A DNA stretch of 64,000 bases from Candidatus Omnitrophota bacterium (GTDB lineage Bacteria; Omnitrophota; Gorgyraeia; Gygaellales; Profunditerraquicolaceae): positions 51,860 to 115,859 of the forward strand of contig JBAZLM010000004.1 in NCBI GenBank assembly GCA_041650295.1, given 5' to 3'. Made by a program: the position numbers and the translations under genes. Of this stretch, positions 1 to 10,290 are shown piece by piece. Every line of letters starts with the position of its first letter. Within the stretch, counting starts at the first letter, position 1. The notes under the pieces were generated by a model. It did not search any database, had not been told where the DNA came from, and saw only the letters and a program-made list of their open reading frames with translations.

Positions 1-2
1 CG

Positions 3-674
3 TATAAATATGATCACATTATTGTGCAGTCTAAAAAAACCGGCTATGATAGCTTTCCCATTGTTTCGGTGGTAGCTTTATTTATTGGTTTTATTTTTGC
101 TTTGCAAACCGCCTATTTTATGCAGCGCCTAGGTTCAGAGATGTATATTGCCAGTTTAGTTGCTTTATCTATTGTGCGTGAGTTAGGTCCGGTAATTACA
201 GCACTGGTTGTGGCTGGACGCGTGGGGGCTTCGCATACCGCAGAGTTAGGTTCAATGCAAGTTACTGAACAAATTGATGCTTTAGAAACTTTAGCGACAA
301 ATCCCATCAAGTATTTAGTGGTGCCACGTTTTGTAGCTTTGAGTATTATGTTGCCAGTACTTACTTTATTTGCCAATATTATTGGGATTATGGGAAGTTA
401 TATGATCTGTGTTTTTAAATTAGGAATTACCAGTAGTATGTATATGAACATAACTTTTACTTCGTTATTTTATAAAGATTTATTTACTGGATTATTTAAG
501 TCAGTAATTTTTGGAATGGTGATTGCTTTGGTGAGTTGTTATGAAGGTTTTAACGTTGAGGGCGGAGCCGAAGGGGTAGGTAAAGCTACAACTAGCAGTG
601 TGGTTATTTCTTTTCTTTTAATTATTGCGGCGGATTGTTTTATTACGGCATTGTTTTATTTTATTTTACCTTAA
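3..674 (+). CDS. mlaE: Phospholipid ABC transporter permease MlaE (Ttg2B family). The frame stays open to the window edge, so the 5' end is probably truncated.
   Basis: Multi-TM protein with the MlaE-like core. It is immediately followed by an MlaF-like ATPase and an MlaD-like MCE protein. No stop codon lies upstream in frame. Confidence 0.75.
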   Translation, partial: YKYDHIIVQSKKTGYDSFPIVSVVALFIGFIFALQTAYFMQRLGSEMYIASLVALSIVRELGPVITALVVAGRVGASHTAELGSMQVTEQIDALETLATNPIKYLVVPRFVALSIMLPVLTLFANIIGIMGSYMICVFKLGITSSMYMNITFTSLFYKDLFTGLFKSVIFGMVIALVSCYEGFNVEGGAEGVGKATTSSVVISFLLIIAADCFITALFYFILP

Positions 675-677
675 ACT

Positions 678-1439
678 ATGATTGAAATTAAAAATTTAGT
701 TAAAAAATTTAACAATCATGTAATTTTAAATGATTTAAGTTTAAATGTAAAGACCGGGGATACCTGTGTAATTATCGGCAGAAGTGGTTGCGGTAAATCG
801 GTTTTACTTAAACATATTGTAGGCTTGTTAAAGCCGGATAGTGGCAGTGTTTTAGTGGATGGAAAAGAAGTTGCTAATTTAGGAGAAAAAGAGCTCACGG
901 TTTTGCGTTCTAAGATTAGTTTAGTCTTTCAGGGTGGAGCGCTTTTTGATTCAATGAGTGTGGCGGAGAATGTGGGGTTTAGTCTTTTTGAACATACACA
1001 TCTTGAACATAAAGAAATTTTAAAACGTGTAGATGAAGCTTTATCATTAGTGGGACTAGGCGGGATTGATAATTTAATGCCTTCAGAGTTAAGTGGAGGA
1101 ATGAAAAAACGCGTGGCTTTGGCCCGAGCAATTTGTATTAAACCTGAAATTATTCTTTATGATGAGCCGACTACCGGAGTGGATCCGATTACTGCCGATA
1201 GCATTAACCGATTGATTCGTTCACTACATGATAAATTAAATGTTACTTCTTTGGTAGTTACGCATGATATGAAGAGTGCTTATCATATCGCCGATAAAGT
1301 TGCGATGATGTATAAAGGAAAAATAGTTTTAGAAGGTACCCCGAATCAGATTCAAGCTAGTCAAGATCCGGTGGTACACCAGTTTATTAACGGGCTCTCT
1401 AAAGGGCCGATCACTGATGCGGTTGATACTTTTAAATAG
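678..1439 (+). CDS. mlaF: ABC transporter ATP-binding protein MlaF
   Basis: Walker A GRSGCGKS, ABC signature LSGGMKKR and Walker B ILYDEPT are all present. Gene order is mlaE-mlaF-mlaD. Confidence 0.85.
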   Translation: MIEIKNLVKKFNNHVILNDLSLNVKTGDTCVIIGRSGCGKSVLLKHIVGLLKPDSGSVLVDGKEVANLGEKELTVLRSKISLVFQGGALFDSMSVAENVGFSLFEHTHLEHKEILKRVDEALSLVGLGGIDNLMPSELSGGMKKRVALARAICIKPEIILYDEPTTGVDPITADSINRLIRSLHDKLNVTSLVVTHDMKSAYHIADKVAMMYKGKIVLEGTPNQIQASQDPVVHQFINGLSKGPITDAVDTFK

Positions 1440-1450
1440 CGGAGGATTAA

Positions 1451-2065
1451 ATGATATTTGGAAAAACTAAATTAGAGTTGAAAGTGGGAATTTTTGTTTT
1501 TTTTGGATTAGCAGTTTTAGTTTTTTTCTTGCTTTCCATTGGCGGATTAAAAACTTGGAGCTCGGGGTACTATATTGATGTTAATTTTAATTTTGTAAAT
1601 GGCGTAAAAGTAGGTGCACCTGTACGTTTTGCCGGAGTGGACGTAGGAGAAGTAAAGAAAATTAAATTAAGTTATATTCCAGAAACTAACCGTTCTAATA
1701 TATGCTTAGTAGTTTGGGTTAGAGACGTAATTAAAATTCCGGTTGATTCTTCAGTTTGGGTGAATACTTTAGGTTTATTGGGTGAAAAATATGTCGAGAT
1801 AATACCGGGTAAAGATTACGCTAATTCATTGCAAGATAAGGGTTCTATGGTCGGAGTTGACCCTCTGCCAATTCATGAAATCTTTAATCGCGCCGAGAGT
1901 ATTTTACGTAATCTTGATGAAGGAGTTGCCCAGATCAGAAATAAAGAAGGTTCACTAGGTAAGCTTATTTATGATGATAAGATTTATAATGAATTGCAGG
2001 CTTTAGTTACAGATGTGCGTAAAAATCCTTGGAAGTTGTTAATTAAAACCAAAGAAGTTAAATAA
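1451..2065 (+). CDS. mlaD: MCE-domain protein MlaD (periplasmic substrate-binding component)
   Basis: N-terminal TM anchor followed by an MCE-like domain of about 200 aa. It follows mlaEF. SD GGAGGA lies upstream. Confidence 0.7.
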   Translation: MIFGKTKLELKVGIFVFFGLAVLVFFLLSIGGLKTWSSGYYIDVNFNFVNGVKVGAPVRFAGVDVGEVKKIKLSYIPETNRSNICLVVWVRDVIKIPVDSSVWVNTLGLLGEKYVEIIPGKDYANSLQDKGSMVGVDPLPIHEIFNRAESILRNLDEGVAQIRNKEGSLGKLIYDDKIYNELQALVTDVRKNPWKLLIKTKEVK

Positions 2066-2140
2066 TGAGTACCGCACCTTCTTTAATTTAAGAATAGAAG
2101 GTGTAGGGTTATGGGTTAATAGTTAAGGAGAAGGTGCGGG

Positions 2141-3541
2141 GTGAGAGTAAAGTCTGTTTTTAGTTGTTCCAATTGCGGATATCAATCGCCAAAATGGTTG
2201 GGTAAGTGTCCGGATTGTAATAGTTGGAATTCTTTTGTAGAAGAGGATTATGCTGCTCCCGCTTCTTCTGGGATAAAAGAAAGAGTTTCTTTATATAAAG
2301 ACGCACCTGTACTTTTAAAAGATGTAGTGGCTTGTGATGAAGATAGGATAAAAACTAATATTGTTGAGCTGGATCGGGTTTTAGGTGGTGGGATTGTTAA
2401 GGGTTCAGTAATTTTAATTGGTGGTGACCCTGGAGTTGGTAAGTCTACTATTTCGTTACAGGTTTCTAATCATTTAACTAAGCAAGGCATCGGCGTTCTT
2501 TATGTAAGCGGAGAAGAAAGCGTTGCGCAGACTAAATTACGCGCTAAACGTTTAGGTGAGGCCGGAACAGATAATCTTTATATTGTTAATCAAACGGATT
2601 TATCTTTAATCGTAGAGTATATAAAAAAATTAAAGCCGCAAGTTGTAATTATTGATTCAATTCAGGTAATTTTTGATTCTGGAATTAGTTCATCTCCAGG
2701 AAGTGTCAGTCAGGTTAGAGAATGTTCGGGGATTCTGACACAGCTCGCTAAAACTACCGGAACTTCAATTTTTATTATTGGCCATGTCACTAAAGAAGGT
2801 ACTTTAGCCGGTCCGCGGGTTTTAGAGCATATCGTAGATACAGTTTTATATTTTGAAGGCGATCGTTTTGCCATTTATCGGATCTTGCGGGCGGTAAAAA
2901 ATAGATTCGGTTCAACTAATGAAATTGGTGTATTTGAAATGGGATCGACTGGTCTATCGGAAGTTAAGAATCCGTCAGAGATTTTTCTCTCTGAGCGACC
3001 TAGTGATGTTTCCGGAACGATTGTTACTTCGATTCTAGAAGGCACACGTCCACTTTTGGTAGAGATTCAGTCGTTGGTTTCTCGCTCTAGCTTTGGCTAT
3101 GCACGTAGACGGGCGCAAGGTTTTGATTTTAATCGCTTGTCACTTTTGGTTGCTGTTTTAGAAAAGCGTATGGGCCTAGCTCTTGAGGCCGAAGATATTT
3201 TTATTAATGTTGCGGGTGGCATAAAAATTGAAGATCCCGCCGCAGATTTAGCAGTTTGTGCGGTAATTGCTTCAAGTTTTCGCGAGCAGGTAGTTTTACC
3301 TAAAACTGTAGTTTTAGGCGAAGTAGGATTAAGTGGTGAGATTCGCAGTATCTCTCAAGTGTTAACCCGCATTAATGAAGCAGAAAAGCTAGGTTTTAAA
3401 CATTGTATCTTGCCGAAAAATAGTGTTAAGAATATTAAATTGAAAAAATCAGAGATGGAGATTATTCCAGTTTCTACGTTGAAAGAGGCCCTAGACATTA
3501 TCTTAATATCATCTGCTAAATTGAATAGGGAAGGAGCATAA
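2141..3541 (+). CDS. radA: DNA repair protein RadA/Sms
   Basis: GTG start. N-terminal C4 zinc ribbon CSNCGYQSPKWLGKCPDCNSW, Walker A GDPGVGKST, the KNRFG motif and a Lon-protease-like C-terminal domain. Confidence 0.9.
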   Translation: MRVKSVFSCSNCGYQSPKWLGKCPDCNSWNSFVEEDYAAPASSGIKERVSLYKDAPVLLKDVVACDEDRIKTNIVELDRVLGGGIVKGSVILIGGDPGVGKSTISLQVSNHLTKQGIGVLYVSGEESVAQTKLRAKRLGEAGTDNLYIVNQTDLSLIVEYIKKLKPQVVIIDSIQVIFDSGISSSPGSVSQVRECSGILTQLAKTTGTSIFIIGHVTKEGTLAGPRVLEHIVDTVLYFEGDRFAIYRILRAVKNRFGSTNEIGVFEMGSTGLSEVKNPSEIFLSERPSDVSGTIVTSILEGTRPLLVEIQSLVSRSSFGYARRRAQGFDFNRLSLLVAVLEKRMGLALEAEDIFINVAGGIKIEDPAADLAVCAVIASSFREQVVLPKTVVLGEVGLSGEIRSISQVLTRINEAEKLGFKHCILPKNSVKNIKLKKSEMEIIPVSTLKEALDIILISSAKLNREGA

Positions 3542-4522
3542 ATGAATTTATTATTAGCACGGGTTTTATTTATCTTAGGTAGTATGGCGATTGGTTATCA
3601 GACAGTGGTGATTAATAGTTCTGGTTTAATTGGTATGGTGATTGGCGCGGCAATCGCCTTGCTGATGATTATGGCCGAAGCAGGATTACGTAAAGTTTCA
3701 GTGAGTGGATTATCGAGTGCGGTTTTTGGCTTAATCTTAGGTTTAATCATGGCTAAGTTGGTGGGGGATGCTTTTAGTATCGCACCTATCGATGCGTTAA
3801 TCCTTTCTAGAATTAGGGTGGGATTAACTTTAATTTTTTGCTATCTGGGTATGGTTATGGCTTTGCGCGGCAAAGATGAATTTAATATTATTATTCCTTA
3901 TGTGCGCCTGCGTAGACAAGATCAGGCTCAAGACGTAGTACTTTTAGATACTAGTGTAATTATAGACGGAAGAATTGTTGATCTTTGTAAGACACGTTTT
4001 TTAAGCGGAAAAATTATTATTCCAAAATTTGTTTTACGTGAATTACAGCAGATTGCTGACTCTACCGATCCGATTAAGCGCCAGAGGGGCAGACGAGGAC
4101 TAGAGATTCTGAATAACATTCAAAATGAACCGGGTATGGATATTACAATTCATGAACAAGATTTTACTGAGACTAGTGAAGTGGATGCTAAGTTAGTGTT
4201 GTTAGCTAAATTATTAGAGGCTAAAATTTTGACGGTTGATTTTAATTTAAATCGAGTGGCTAGCATTCAGGGAATTAAAGTTTTAAATATTAATGAGTTG
4301 GCCAACGCCTTAAAGCCGGTAGTTTTTCCTGGCGAAGAGATGCAGATTAAGTTAATCAAAGAAGGGAAAGAACATAATCAGGCAGTAGGTTACCTTGATG
4401 ATGGTACGATGGTGGTAGTGGAAGATGCACGCAGATTAATTGGCCAAGATGTTAAAGTAGCGGTAACTTCTGTATTGCAAACTCAAGCTGGTAGAATGAT
4501 CTTTACTAAAGTTGAGAAATAA
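3542..4522 (+). CDS. Membrane-anchored PIN/TRAM domain protein (YacL-like)
   Basis: Four predicted N-terminal TM helices, a PIN-like segment ([12 protein letters not shown]) and a C-terminal TRAM-like beta domain. It sits downstream of radA, as yacL does in Firmicutes. Confidence 0.6.
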   Translation: MNLLLARVLFILGSMAIGYQTVVINSSGLIGMVIGAAIALLMIMAEAGLRKVSVSGLSSAVFGLILGLIMAKLVGDAFSIAPIDALILSRIRVGLTLIFCYLGMVMALRGKDEFNIIIPYVRLRRQDQAQDVVLLDTSVIIDGRIVDLCKTRFLSGKIIIPKFVLRELQQIADSTDPIKRQRGRRGLEILNNIQNEPGMDITIHEQDFTETSEVDAKLVLLAKLLEAKILTVDFNLNRVASIQGIKVLNINELANALKPVVFPGEEMQIKLIKEGKEHNQAVGYLDDGTMVVVEDARRLIGQDVKVAVTSVLQTQAGRMIFTKVEK

Positions 4523-4524
4523 TT

Positions 4525-5202
4525 ATGGTCAGTGCGATAGTCCTAGCCGCTGGGTTAGGTAAACGGCTTAAGAATAAATTAACTAAACCTCTAGTAAAGA
4601 TTGACCGTAAGCCAGCGATAATTTATTCCCTGGAAACTTTAAATCGGCATCCTAAAATTCGCGAGATTATTGTTGTAGTTGGTGCTAAAAATAAAGAGGC
4701 AATTAGTAAAGTTATTAGTAAGTGCTCTTTTAAAAAAATAAAAAGTTTTGTGTTGGGTGGTAGGCGTCGACAAGATTCAGTATATTGCGGCCTAAAAGCC
4801 GTGAGTGTAAAGAGTGATTTAGTTTTAATTCACGACTCGGCGCGACCGTTTGTAGATAGTAAATCCATCTCTAAAGTTATTCAGGCGGCTAAAAAATCCC
4901 AAGCTGCTATTTTAGGGGTGCCGGTTAAAGCAACTATCAAGCAAACTAAAAAAAATAGCCTGGTGGATAAAACATTAGATCGCAGTAATCTTTGGGAGAT
5001 TCAAACTCCTCAGGTTTTTAAAAAAGAGTTAATTTTTAAGGCTTATCAGAAATTTTCTAAAAGTAATGTCACTGATGATGCTTCTTTAGTGGAAAAGCTA
5101 GGTAAGAAAGTACAAATTGTTTTAGGTAGCTATAAAAATATTAAAATTACTACTGATGATGATCTTTTGTTAGGGCAGATAATTGCCAGGAGTAGAAGCT
5201 AA
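4525..5202 (+). CDS. ispD: 2-C-methyl-D-erythritol 4-phosphate cytidylyltransferase
   Basis: IspD N-terminal motif AIVLAAGLGKR. It overlaps ispF by one nucleotide (TAATG). Confidence 0.85.
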   Translation: MVSAIVLAAGLGKRLKNKLTKPLVKIDRKPAIIYSLETLNRHPKIREIIVVVGAKNKEAISKVISKCSFKKIKSFVLGGRRRQDSVYCGLKAVSVKSDLVLIHDSARPFVDSKSISKVIQAAKKSQAAILGVPVKATIKQTKKNSLVDKTLDRSNLWEIQTPQVFKKELIFKAYQKFSKSNVTDDASLVEKLGKKVQIVLGSYKNIKITTDDDLLLGQIIARSRS

Positions 5203-5684
5203 TGCAATATAAAGTGGGAATTGGTTATGATATTCACCGTTTAATTGAAGGCAGGCCATTATTTTTAGGGGCGATTGAAATTCCTTATATTAAAGGCCTT
5301 TTAGGTCATTCCGACGGAGATGCTTTAGTGCATGCGCTTTGCGATGCTTTATTGGGGGCATTAGCTCTAGGAGATATAGGAGAGCATTTTCCGGATACGG
5401 ATCCTAAATATCAAGGTATTGCTAGCTCTAAATTATTAGCCGTAGTTAAAGAGTTAGTGGATAAGAGTGGTTATAAAATTAATAATTTAGATGTGGTGGT
5501 GATTGCTCAGGAGCCAAATTTGAGTCCATTTAAAAAACAAATTAAAGAAAAGATTAGTTCACTTTTAAATCTTAGTGAAGAAATTATAAATATTAAAGCA
5601 AAAACTAATGAAGGATTGGGGGCAGTGGGGAATAAAGAGGCAATTGCCTGTTATGTGGTGGCGGCTTTAGTTAAGGGGGAATAA
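5202..5684 (+). CDS. ispF: 2-C-methyl-D-erythritol 2,4-cyclodiphosphate synthase
   Basis: IspF signature GIGYDIHRL...GHSDGD, about 160 aa. Confidence 0.9.
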   Translation: MQYKVGIGYDIHRLIEGRPLFLGAIEIPYIKGLLGHSDGDALVHALCDALLGALALGDIGEHFPDTDPKYQGIASSKLLAVVKELVDKSGYKINNLDVVVIAQEPNLSPFKKQIKEKISSLLNLSEEIINIKAKTNEGLGAVGNKEAIACYVVAALVKGE

Positions 5685-5686
5685 TT

Positions 5687-6361
5687 ATGTTGATAAATAT
5701 ATTAATTTTATTACTAGTACTTTTTATAACCAAGTTATTATTAATTTCAGTAATTTTTTATGCGGATATCAGAGCGGCGCAAAAAAGAGATCCGGCGGCC
5801 AAAAGTTTCTTTGAGGTTATTTTGCTTTATCCAGGTTTACATGCTTTAATTTTTTATCGTTTTGCGCACCTTTTGTATAAAATGCATCTATTTTTCTTGG
5901 CGCGTTTTTTATCACAGGTGGCCAGGCTTTTTACGGGAATCGAGATTCATCCCGGAGCAAAAATTGGTAAACGATTTTTTATTGACCATGGATTTGGTGT
6001 GGTAATTGGAGAGACGGCGATAATTGGTAATGATGTTTTACTTTATCAAGGTGCAACTTTAGGTGGCACAGGAATTGTAAAAGGTAAACGACATCCTACT
6101 GTGGGTAATAATGTGGTCATTGGTGCCGGTGCAAAAGTTTTGGGTAATATTGTTATTGGAGATAGTTCTTATATTGGCGCTAATGCAGTGGTGATTAAAG
6201 ATGTACCACCAAATTCTACCGTCGTGGGAGTTCCAGGAAGAATTACTAAACAAGATGGCAAGAAGATGGATGTTAGTCTTGATCACGTGCATATCTTGGA
6301 TCCGATTATGCAGTCAATTGAAGAGCTGCAGGATAAAATAAAAAATTTAGAAAAGAAATAA
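5687..6361 (+). CDS. cysE: Serine O-acetyltransferase
   Basis: [13 protein letters not shown]-terminal motif and hexapeptide-repeat left-handed beta-helix ([21 protein letters not shown]...). The hydrophobic N-terminal extension may be a mis-called start. Confidence 0.8.
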   Translation: MLINILILLLVLFITKLLLISVIFYADIRAAQKRDPAAKSFFEVILLYPGLHALIFYRFAHLLYKMHLFFLARFLSQVARLFTGIEIHPGAKIGKRFFIDHGFGVVIGETAIIGNDVLLYQGATLGGTGIVKGKRHPTVGNNVVIGAGAKVLGNIVIGDSSYIGANAVVIKDVPPNSTVVGVPGRITKQDGKKMDVSLDHVHILDPIMQSIEELQDKIKNLEKK

Positions 6362-6364
6362 GGT

Positions 6365-7774
6365 TTGTCGCTCATGCCTATTTTTATATATAACTCTCTA
6401 ACCAGAAAAAAGGATAAGTTTGTACCTGTTTGTGGCCATCAGGTGAAGATGTATACCTGTGGCGTTACGGTTTATGATGCCTGCCATATTGGACACGCCC
6501 GTAGTTTGTTTATCTTTAATTTAATCCGCAGATATTTAAAGTACCGTGGTTTTAAAGTAAGCTTTGTGCGCAATATCACCGATATCGACGATAAGATAAT
6601 TAATCGGGCTAATGAACTTAAAATTGATTGGAAAGAATTAGTGGTTAAATATATCGCAAGCTACAATCAAGATTTAGAGTTTTTAGGTGTAGAAAAAGGA
6701 GATTTTGAACCGCGAGCTACAGAAAATATTGCCGAGATGATTGGATATATACAAGAGCTAATTAAAAAAGGTTTTGCTTATGCTTGCGCCGGGGATGTAT
6801 ATTTTGATGTGCGTAAATTTAAAGAGTATGGCAAGTTAAGCGGACAAAGTATTGACGCGATGCATAGCGGGGTGCGTATTGAGCTAGCCGAATCAAAAAA
6901 TGATCCGCTGGATTTTGCGCTTTGGAAACGTTCTAAAGAAAATGAACCTTTTTGGCCTAGTCCTTGGGGCAATGGCCGGCCGGGTTGGCATATTGAGTGC
7001 TCTGTGATGTCACAAAAGTTTTTAAAAACGCAGACTTTAGATATTCACGCCGGAGGAAGAGACTTAATTTTTCCGCATCATGAAAATGAATTAGCACAAA
7101 GCGAAGCTTACTCGGGAAAATTGTTTGCTAAATATTGGATGCATCATGGACTGTTAACGATTAATGGTCAGAAGATGTCCAAATCTTTAGGTAATTTTAT
7201 TACGATTAAAGATTTTATGACTAAATATCACAATGCAGAGTTACTCAAATTTTTCTTTTCCACTGCGCATTACAGTCACTCTATAGATTATAGTGATGCT
7301 AAGATTCAAGAGTCCAAACAGGCTTTAGGGAGAATTAATATATTTATGGAGAAGGCCAACTTAGTTAAGCCTGGATTTGTGGCCAAATTCTTAAAATTAC
7401 TGCCTAAAGAAGTGGCATTATTAAAAACTAAATTTATTGCTGCCCTGGATGATGATTTTAATACCCCGGAAGCTTTAGCTTGCATTTTTGAACTAGTAAA
7501 TTTGGGGAATAAAAATATAAATAATAAAAATTTTGTTTATAGTACCAAAAATATATTAAATGAGATGTTAGAAATTTTAGGTATTAGCCTTAAATCTGTA
7601 AAGATTGATTCAGGAATGAGCGAAGAAGAGATAAAATTAAAAATTCAGAGTAGAGTCGATGCTAAAAAATCTAAAAATTATGCGTTAGCTGATCAAATTA
7701 GAAAAGAGTTAGAAGATAAAGGAGTGATTTTAGAAGATACTAAAGACGGTCCAACTTGGCGTAGGAAATTGTAA
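6365..7774 (+). CDS. cysS: Cysteine--tRNA ligase
   Basis: Class I aaRS with a HIGH-type motif (CHIGHARS), KMSKS (QKMSKSLGN) and zinc-binding Cys/His. The true start may be the ATG at 6374. Confidence 0.9.
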   Translation: MSLMPIFIYNSLTRKKDKFVPVCGHQVKMYTCGVTVYDACHIGHARSLFIFNLIRRYLKYRGFKVSFVRNITDIDDKIINRANELKIDWKELVVKYIASYNQDLEFLGVEKGDFEPRATENIAEMIGYIQELIKKGFAYACAGDVYFDVRKFKEYGKLSGQSIDAMHSGVRIELAESKNDPLDFALWKRSKENEPFWPSPWGNGRPGWHIECSVMSQKFLKTQTLDIHAGGRDLIFPHHENELAQSEAYSGKLFAKYWMHHGLLTINGQKMSKSLGNFITIKDFMTKYHNAELLKFFFSTAHYSHSIDYSDAKIQESKQALGRINIFMEKANLVKPGFVAKFLKLLPKEVALLKTKFIAALDDDFNTPEALACIFELVNLGNKNINNKNFVYSTKNILNEMLEILGISLKSVKIDSGMSEEEIKLKIQSRVDAKKSKNYALADQIRKELEDKGVILEDTKDGPTWRRKL

Positions 7775-7949
7775 CGTCTGATTTGGCTTTGTTTCGGAGC
7801 GCACGTTAAGAATCTTGCGCGGGCACGGTTGCCCCTTAGAAATGTCTCGGCAGAGCGCAAGATTCTGCTCGAGCGCAGATTTTCCACGCTGGGGAAAATC
7901 AAGCGGTGCGCGGAGAAACAAGACAAAGCAGACGACAAAGAAAGTTGAT

Positions 7950-8558
7950 ATGAAAGGTAAATTCATAACATTTGAGGGATCTGAGGGCTGCGGTAAAAGT
8001 ACGCAGTCTAAGTTGCTTTTTGAGTATCTAAAATCAAAAGGTAAGCAGGTTATTTATCTACGCGAACCTGGTGGTGTTAAAGTTAGTGAGCTGATTCGCG
8101 AAATATTACTTAATCCTAAAAGCAAGATCCCTGCGGCGGCAGAAACTTTACTTTATATGGCCGCTCGAGCTTGCGTGGTTGAAGAGATTATTAAGCCAGC
8201 GCTTAATGCTGGTAAAATTGTGGTTTGCGACCGCTTTATAGACTCTACGGTTGCTTATCAGGGGTATGGTCTAGGTGTAGATATAAAATTAATTAAATTG
8301 ATTGGTAATTTTGCTACTCAAGGAATTGCTCCGGATTTAACCATCTTTTTAGATTTACCGGTAAAAAGTGGGCTCAAGCATCGCGATAATTGCAAAGATC
8401 GCATTGAACAGCGTTGCGTGGGTTATCATGAAAAAGTAAGAAAAGGGTATTTAGCGATTGCCAAAAGCCAGCCCAGAAGAATAAAAATTGTAAAAGTGCA
8501 AAAAGATAAACTTACCACTCAAAGAAATGTTCGGGAGATTGTTGATGGGCTTTGCTAA
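7950..8558 (+). CDS. tmk: Thymidylate kinase
   Basis: P-loop FEGSEGCGKST and DRF motif (VVCDRFIDST). The ORF-track start at 7815 runs into a GC-rich structured intergenic region, so I took the ATG at 7950 instead. Confidence 0.85.
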   Translation: MKGKFITFEGSEGCGKSTQSKLLFEYLKSKGKQVIYLREPGGVKVSELIREILLNPKSKIPAAAETLLYMAARACVVEEIIKPALNAGKIVVCDRFIDSTVAYQGYGLGVDIKLIKLIGNFATQGIAPDLTIFLDLPVKSGLKHRDNCKDRIEQRCVGYHEKVRKGYLAIAKSQPRRIKIVKVQKDKLTTQRNVREIVDGLC

Positions 8559-9504
8559 TATTTTAGGACAAGTTAAACCATTGAGTATCATTAATGCTTA
8601 TATAGAGGGATCGGCTTTTTCCGGAGGATTTATCTTTAGTGGTCCTGAAGGAATTGGTAAGTTAATGACAGCCAAAATTATTGCGCAGAAATTAAATTGT
8701 ACTAGTAGTACGGATAAGCCCTGTGGGATTTGTGAAGCTTGTATAAAAATGGAAAAATTAAATCATCCGGATTTGCATCTTATTCAAAATGGCGATGCTC
8801 AGATAAAAATTGAAGATATTCGCCTGATTTTGCGGGAAGCTAGTTTTCGGCCCTATGAAGGGCAGATGAAGGTTTTTATTATTGATAATGCGCACAAGCT
8901 TAATATTGAAGCGGCCAATTCGTTACTTAAAATACTAGAGGAGCCACCCAAGCAATCATTAATTATTTTAATTACACATAAACCTCAGAGTATTATTAAA
9001 ACAATCTTGAGTCGCTGTAAAGTAATAAGGTTTGCTCCTCTAGAGAGGAGTAGTTTACAAAATATATTAACTAAAAATTATTTTTTGGATGCCTCAAGCG
9101 CTCATTTTGTTGCTTATTATGCTGAAGGAAGACTGGGTTTAGCTTTACGTCTGAAAGATTCTTTACAGTTAATGGAAAAGAATAAAATATTTGATGCTTT
9201 TGTGCTTTCGCAGAAACCGCTGGATCGCTCTTTGGCGACTCAGAATAAAGAACAGCTACGTTCAACACTAAATATTTTAGCTGCCTGGTTTAGGGATTTA
9301 TATTTACTTAAAGCCGGTTGTAGTGAAAATGAAATAATTAATTTGGATCGCAAGAATGATTTATTAAAATTGATTCCTAAGTTTTCATTTAAACAGCTGG
9401 ATGATATTGTATCCAGTATTTCGGAGAGTATGTTGTATTTAGAGAAGAATATTAATAGTAAATTACTTTTGCATAACTTAGGAGCTCAATTATGGAAGGG
9501 ATGA
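8527..9504 (+). CDS. holB: DNA polymerase III subunit delta-prime
   Basis: AAA+ clamp-loader fold with a degenerate P-loop (GPEGIGKLM) and zinc module CGICEAC. It follows tmk as in many genomes. Confidence 0.7.
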   Translation: MFGRLLMGFANILGQVKPLSIINAYIEGSAFSGGFIFSGPEGIGKLMTAKIIAQKLNCTSSTDKPCGICEACIKMEKLNHPDLHLIQNGDAQIKIEDIRLILREASFRPYEGQMKVFIIDNAHKLNIEAANSLLKILEEPPKQSLIILITHKPQSIIKTILSRCKVIRFAPLERSSLQNILTKNYFLDASSAHFVAYYAEGRLGLALRLKDSLQLMEKNKIFDAFVLSQKPLDRSLATQNKEQLRSTLNILAAWFRDLYLLKAGCSENEIINLDRKNDLLKLIPKFSFKQLDDIVSSISESMLYLEKNINSKLLLHNLGAQLWKG

Positions 9505-10289
9505 TTCTAGTTCAACTGCGCAATTCTGGCCTGGTGGCGCTTTATCAGGCCGGTAATTTAATTTTAAAAGCCGGAGATTGTGTGATTGTTGAACATGATC
9601 GAGGACTAGATTATGGGGCGGTGGTTTTACCAGGACATGCCCGTTGCTGTGCTACAGAAGAAGCTTCGAAAGAACCGCCTAAAAAAATAATTCGCTTGGC
9701 ACGCGAAAGTGATCTTAAGCAAATTGATGACAATGTGATTAAAGCCAAAGAAGCCTATAATGTTTGTGATAAAAAAATAGCTGAGCATAAATTAGATATG
9801 AAGCTAGTAAAAGCTGAGTATTCTTTTGATCGTTCTAAAATTTTATTTTATTTTACCTCTGATGGCCGGGTGGATTTTCGCAATTTAGTTAAAGATTTAG
9901 CTAAAATGTTTAAAGCACGTATTGAGTTAAGACAAATCGGAGTTAGGGATGAGGCTAGACTTTTTGGCGGGTATGGCTCTTGTGGTCGGGAGCTTTGCTG
10001 TAAGAAATTTTTGAAAGATTTCGAACCGGTAACTATTAAAATGGCCAAAGAAGAAGGTCTGCCTTTGAATCCTCCTAAAATTTCCGGATTATGTGGAAGA
10101 TTAATGTGTTGCCTTTCTTATGAATATGAAACTTATAAGATTCTTTCTAAAGGTTTACCGCATGAAGGTGAGCATATTGGTACACCTCAAGGTAAAGGTA
10201 AAGTTATTGGTGTAAATGTTTTTAAGAGAGTGGTTAATGTGGAGTTAGAAGAAGGTGGTTATTTAGAGGTAAGTTATAAAGAGAAATAA
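9492..10289 (+). CDS. PSP1 C-terminal domain protein (YaaT/RicT-like)
   Basis: Cys-rich PSP1-like C-terminal region (CGRELCC...CGRLMCC). It follows holB as yaaT does in Bacillus. Confidence 0.65.
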   Translation: MEGMILVQLRNSGLVALYQAGNLILKAGDCVIVEHDRGLDYGAVVLPGHARCCATEEASKEPPKKIIRLARESDLKQIDDNVIKAKEAYNVCDKKIAEHKLDMKLVKAEYSFDRSKILFYFTSDGRVDFRNLVKDLAKMFKARIELRQIGVRDEARLFGGYGSCGRELCCKKFLKDFEPVTIKMAKEEGLPLNPPKISGLCGRLMCCLSYEYETYKILSKGLPHEGEHIGTPQGKGKVIGVNVFKRVVNVELEEGGYLEVSYKEK

Positions 10290-10290
10290 T

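Noticed and set aside
113-376. Minus-strand ORF (87 aa) antisense to mlaE. Similar short antisense ORFs are embedded in real genes at 716..898, 3928..4119, 6059..6292, 6778..6972, 9071..9268, 9848..10048, 11323..11520, 13157..13381 and many inside the giant gene.
   Set aside because: Each lies fully inside a well-supported CDS on the other strand, has no RBS and shows low-complexity translation. They are typical chance ORFs.
7693-7966. Two overlapping minus-strand ORFs (81 and 78 aa) across the cysS-tmk spacer, and the long N-terminal extension of tmk (ORF-track start 7815).
   Set aside because: The region is GC-rich and highly self-complementary, consistent with structured RNA. The translations are Arg/Ser/Leu-rich nonsense. 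tmk has a canonical P-loop that starts right after the ATG at 7950.
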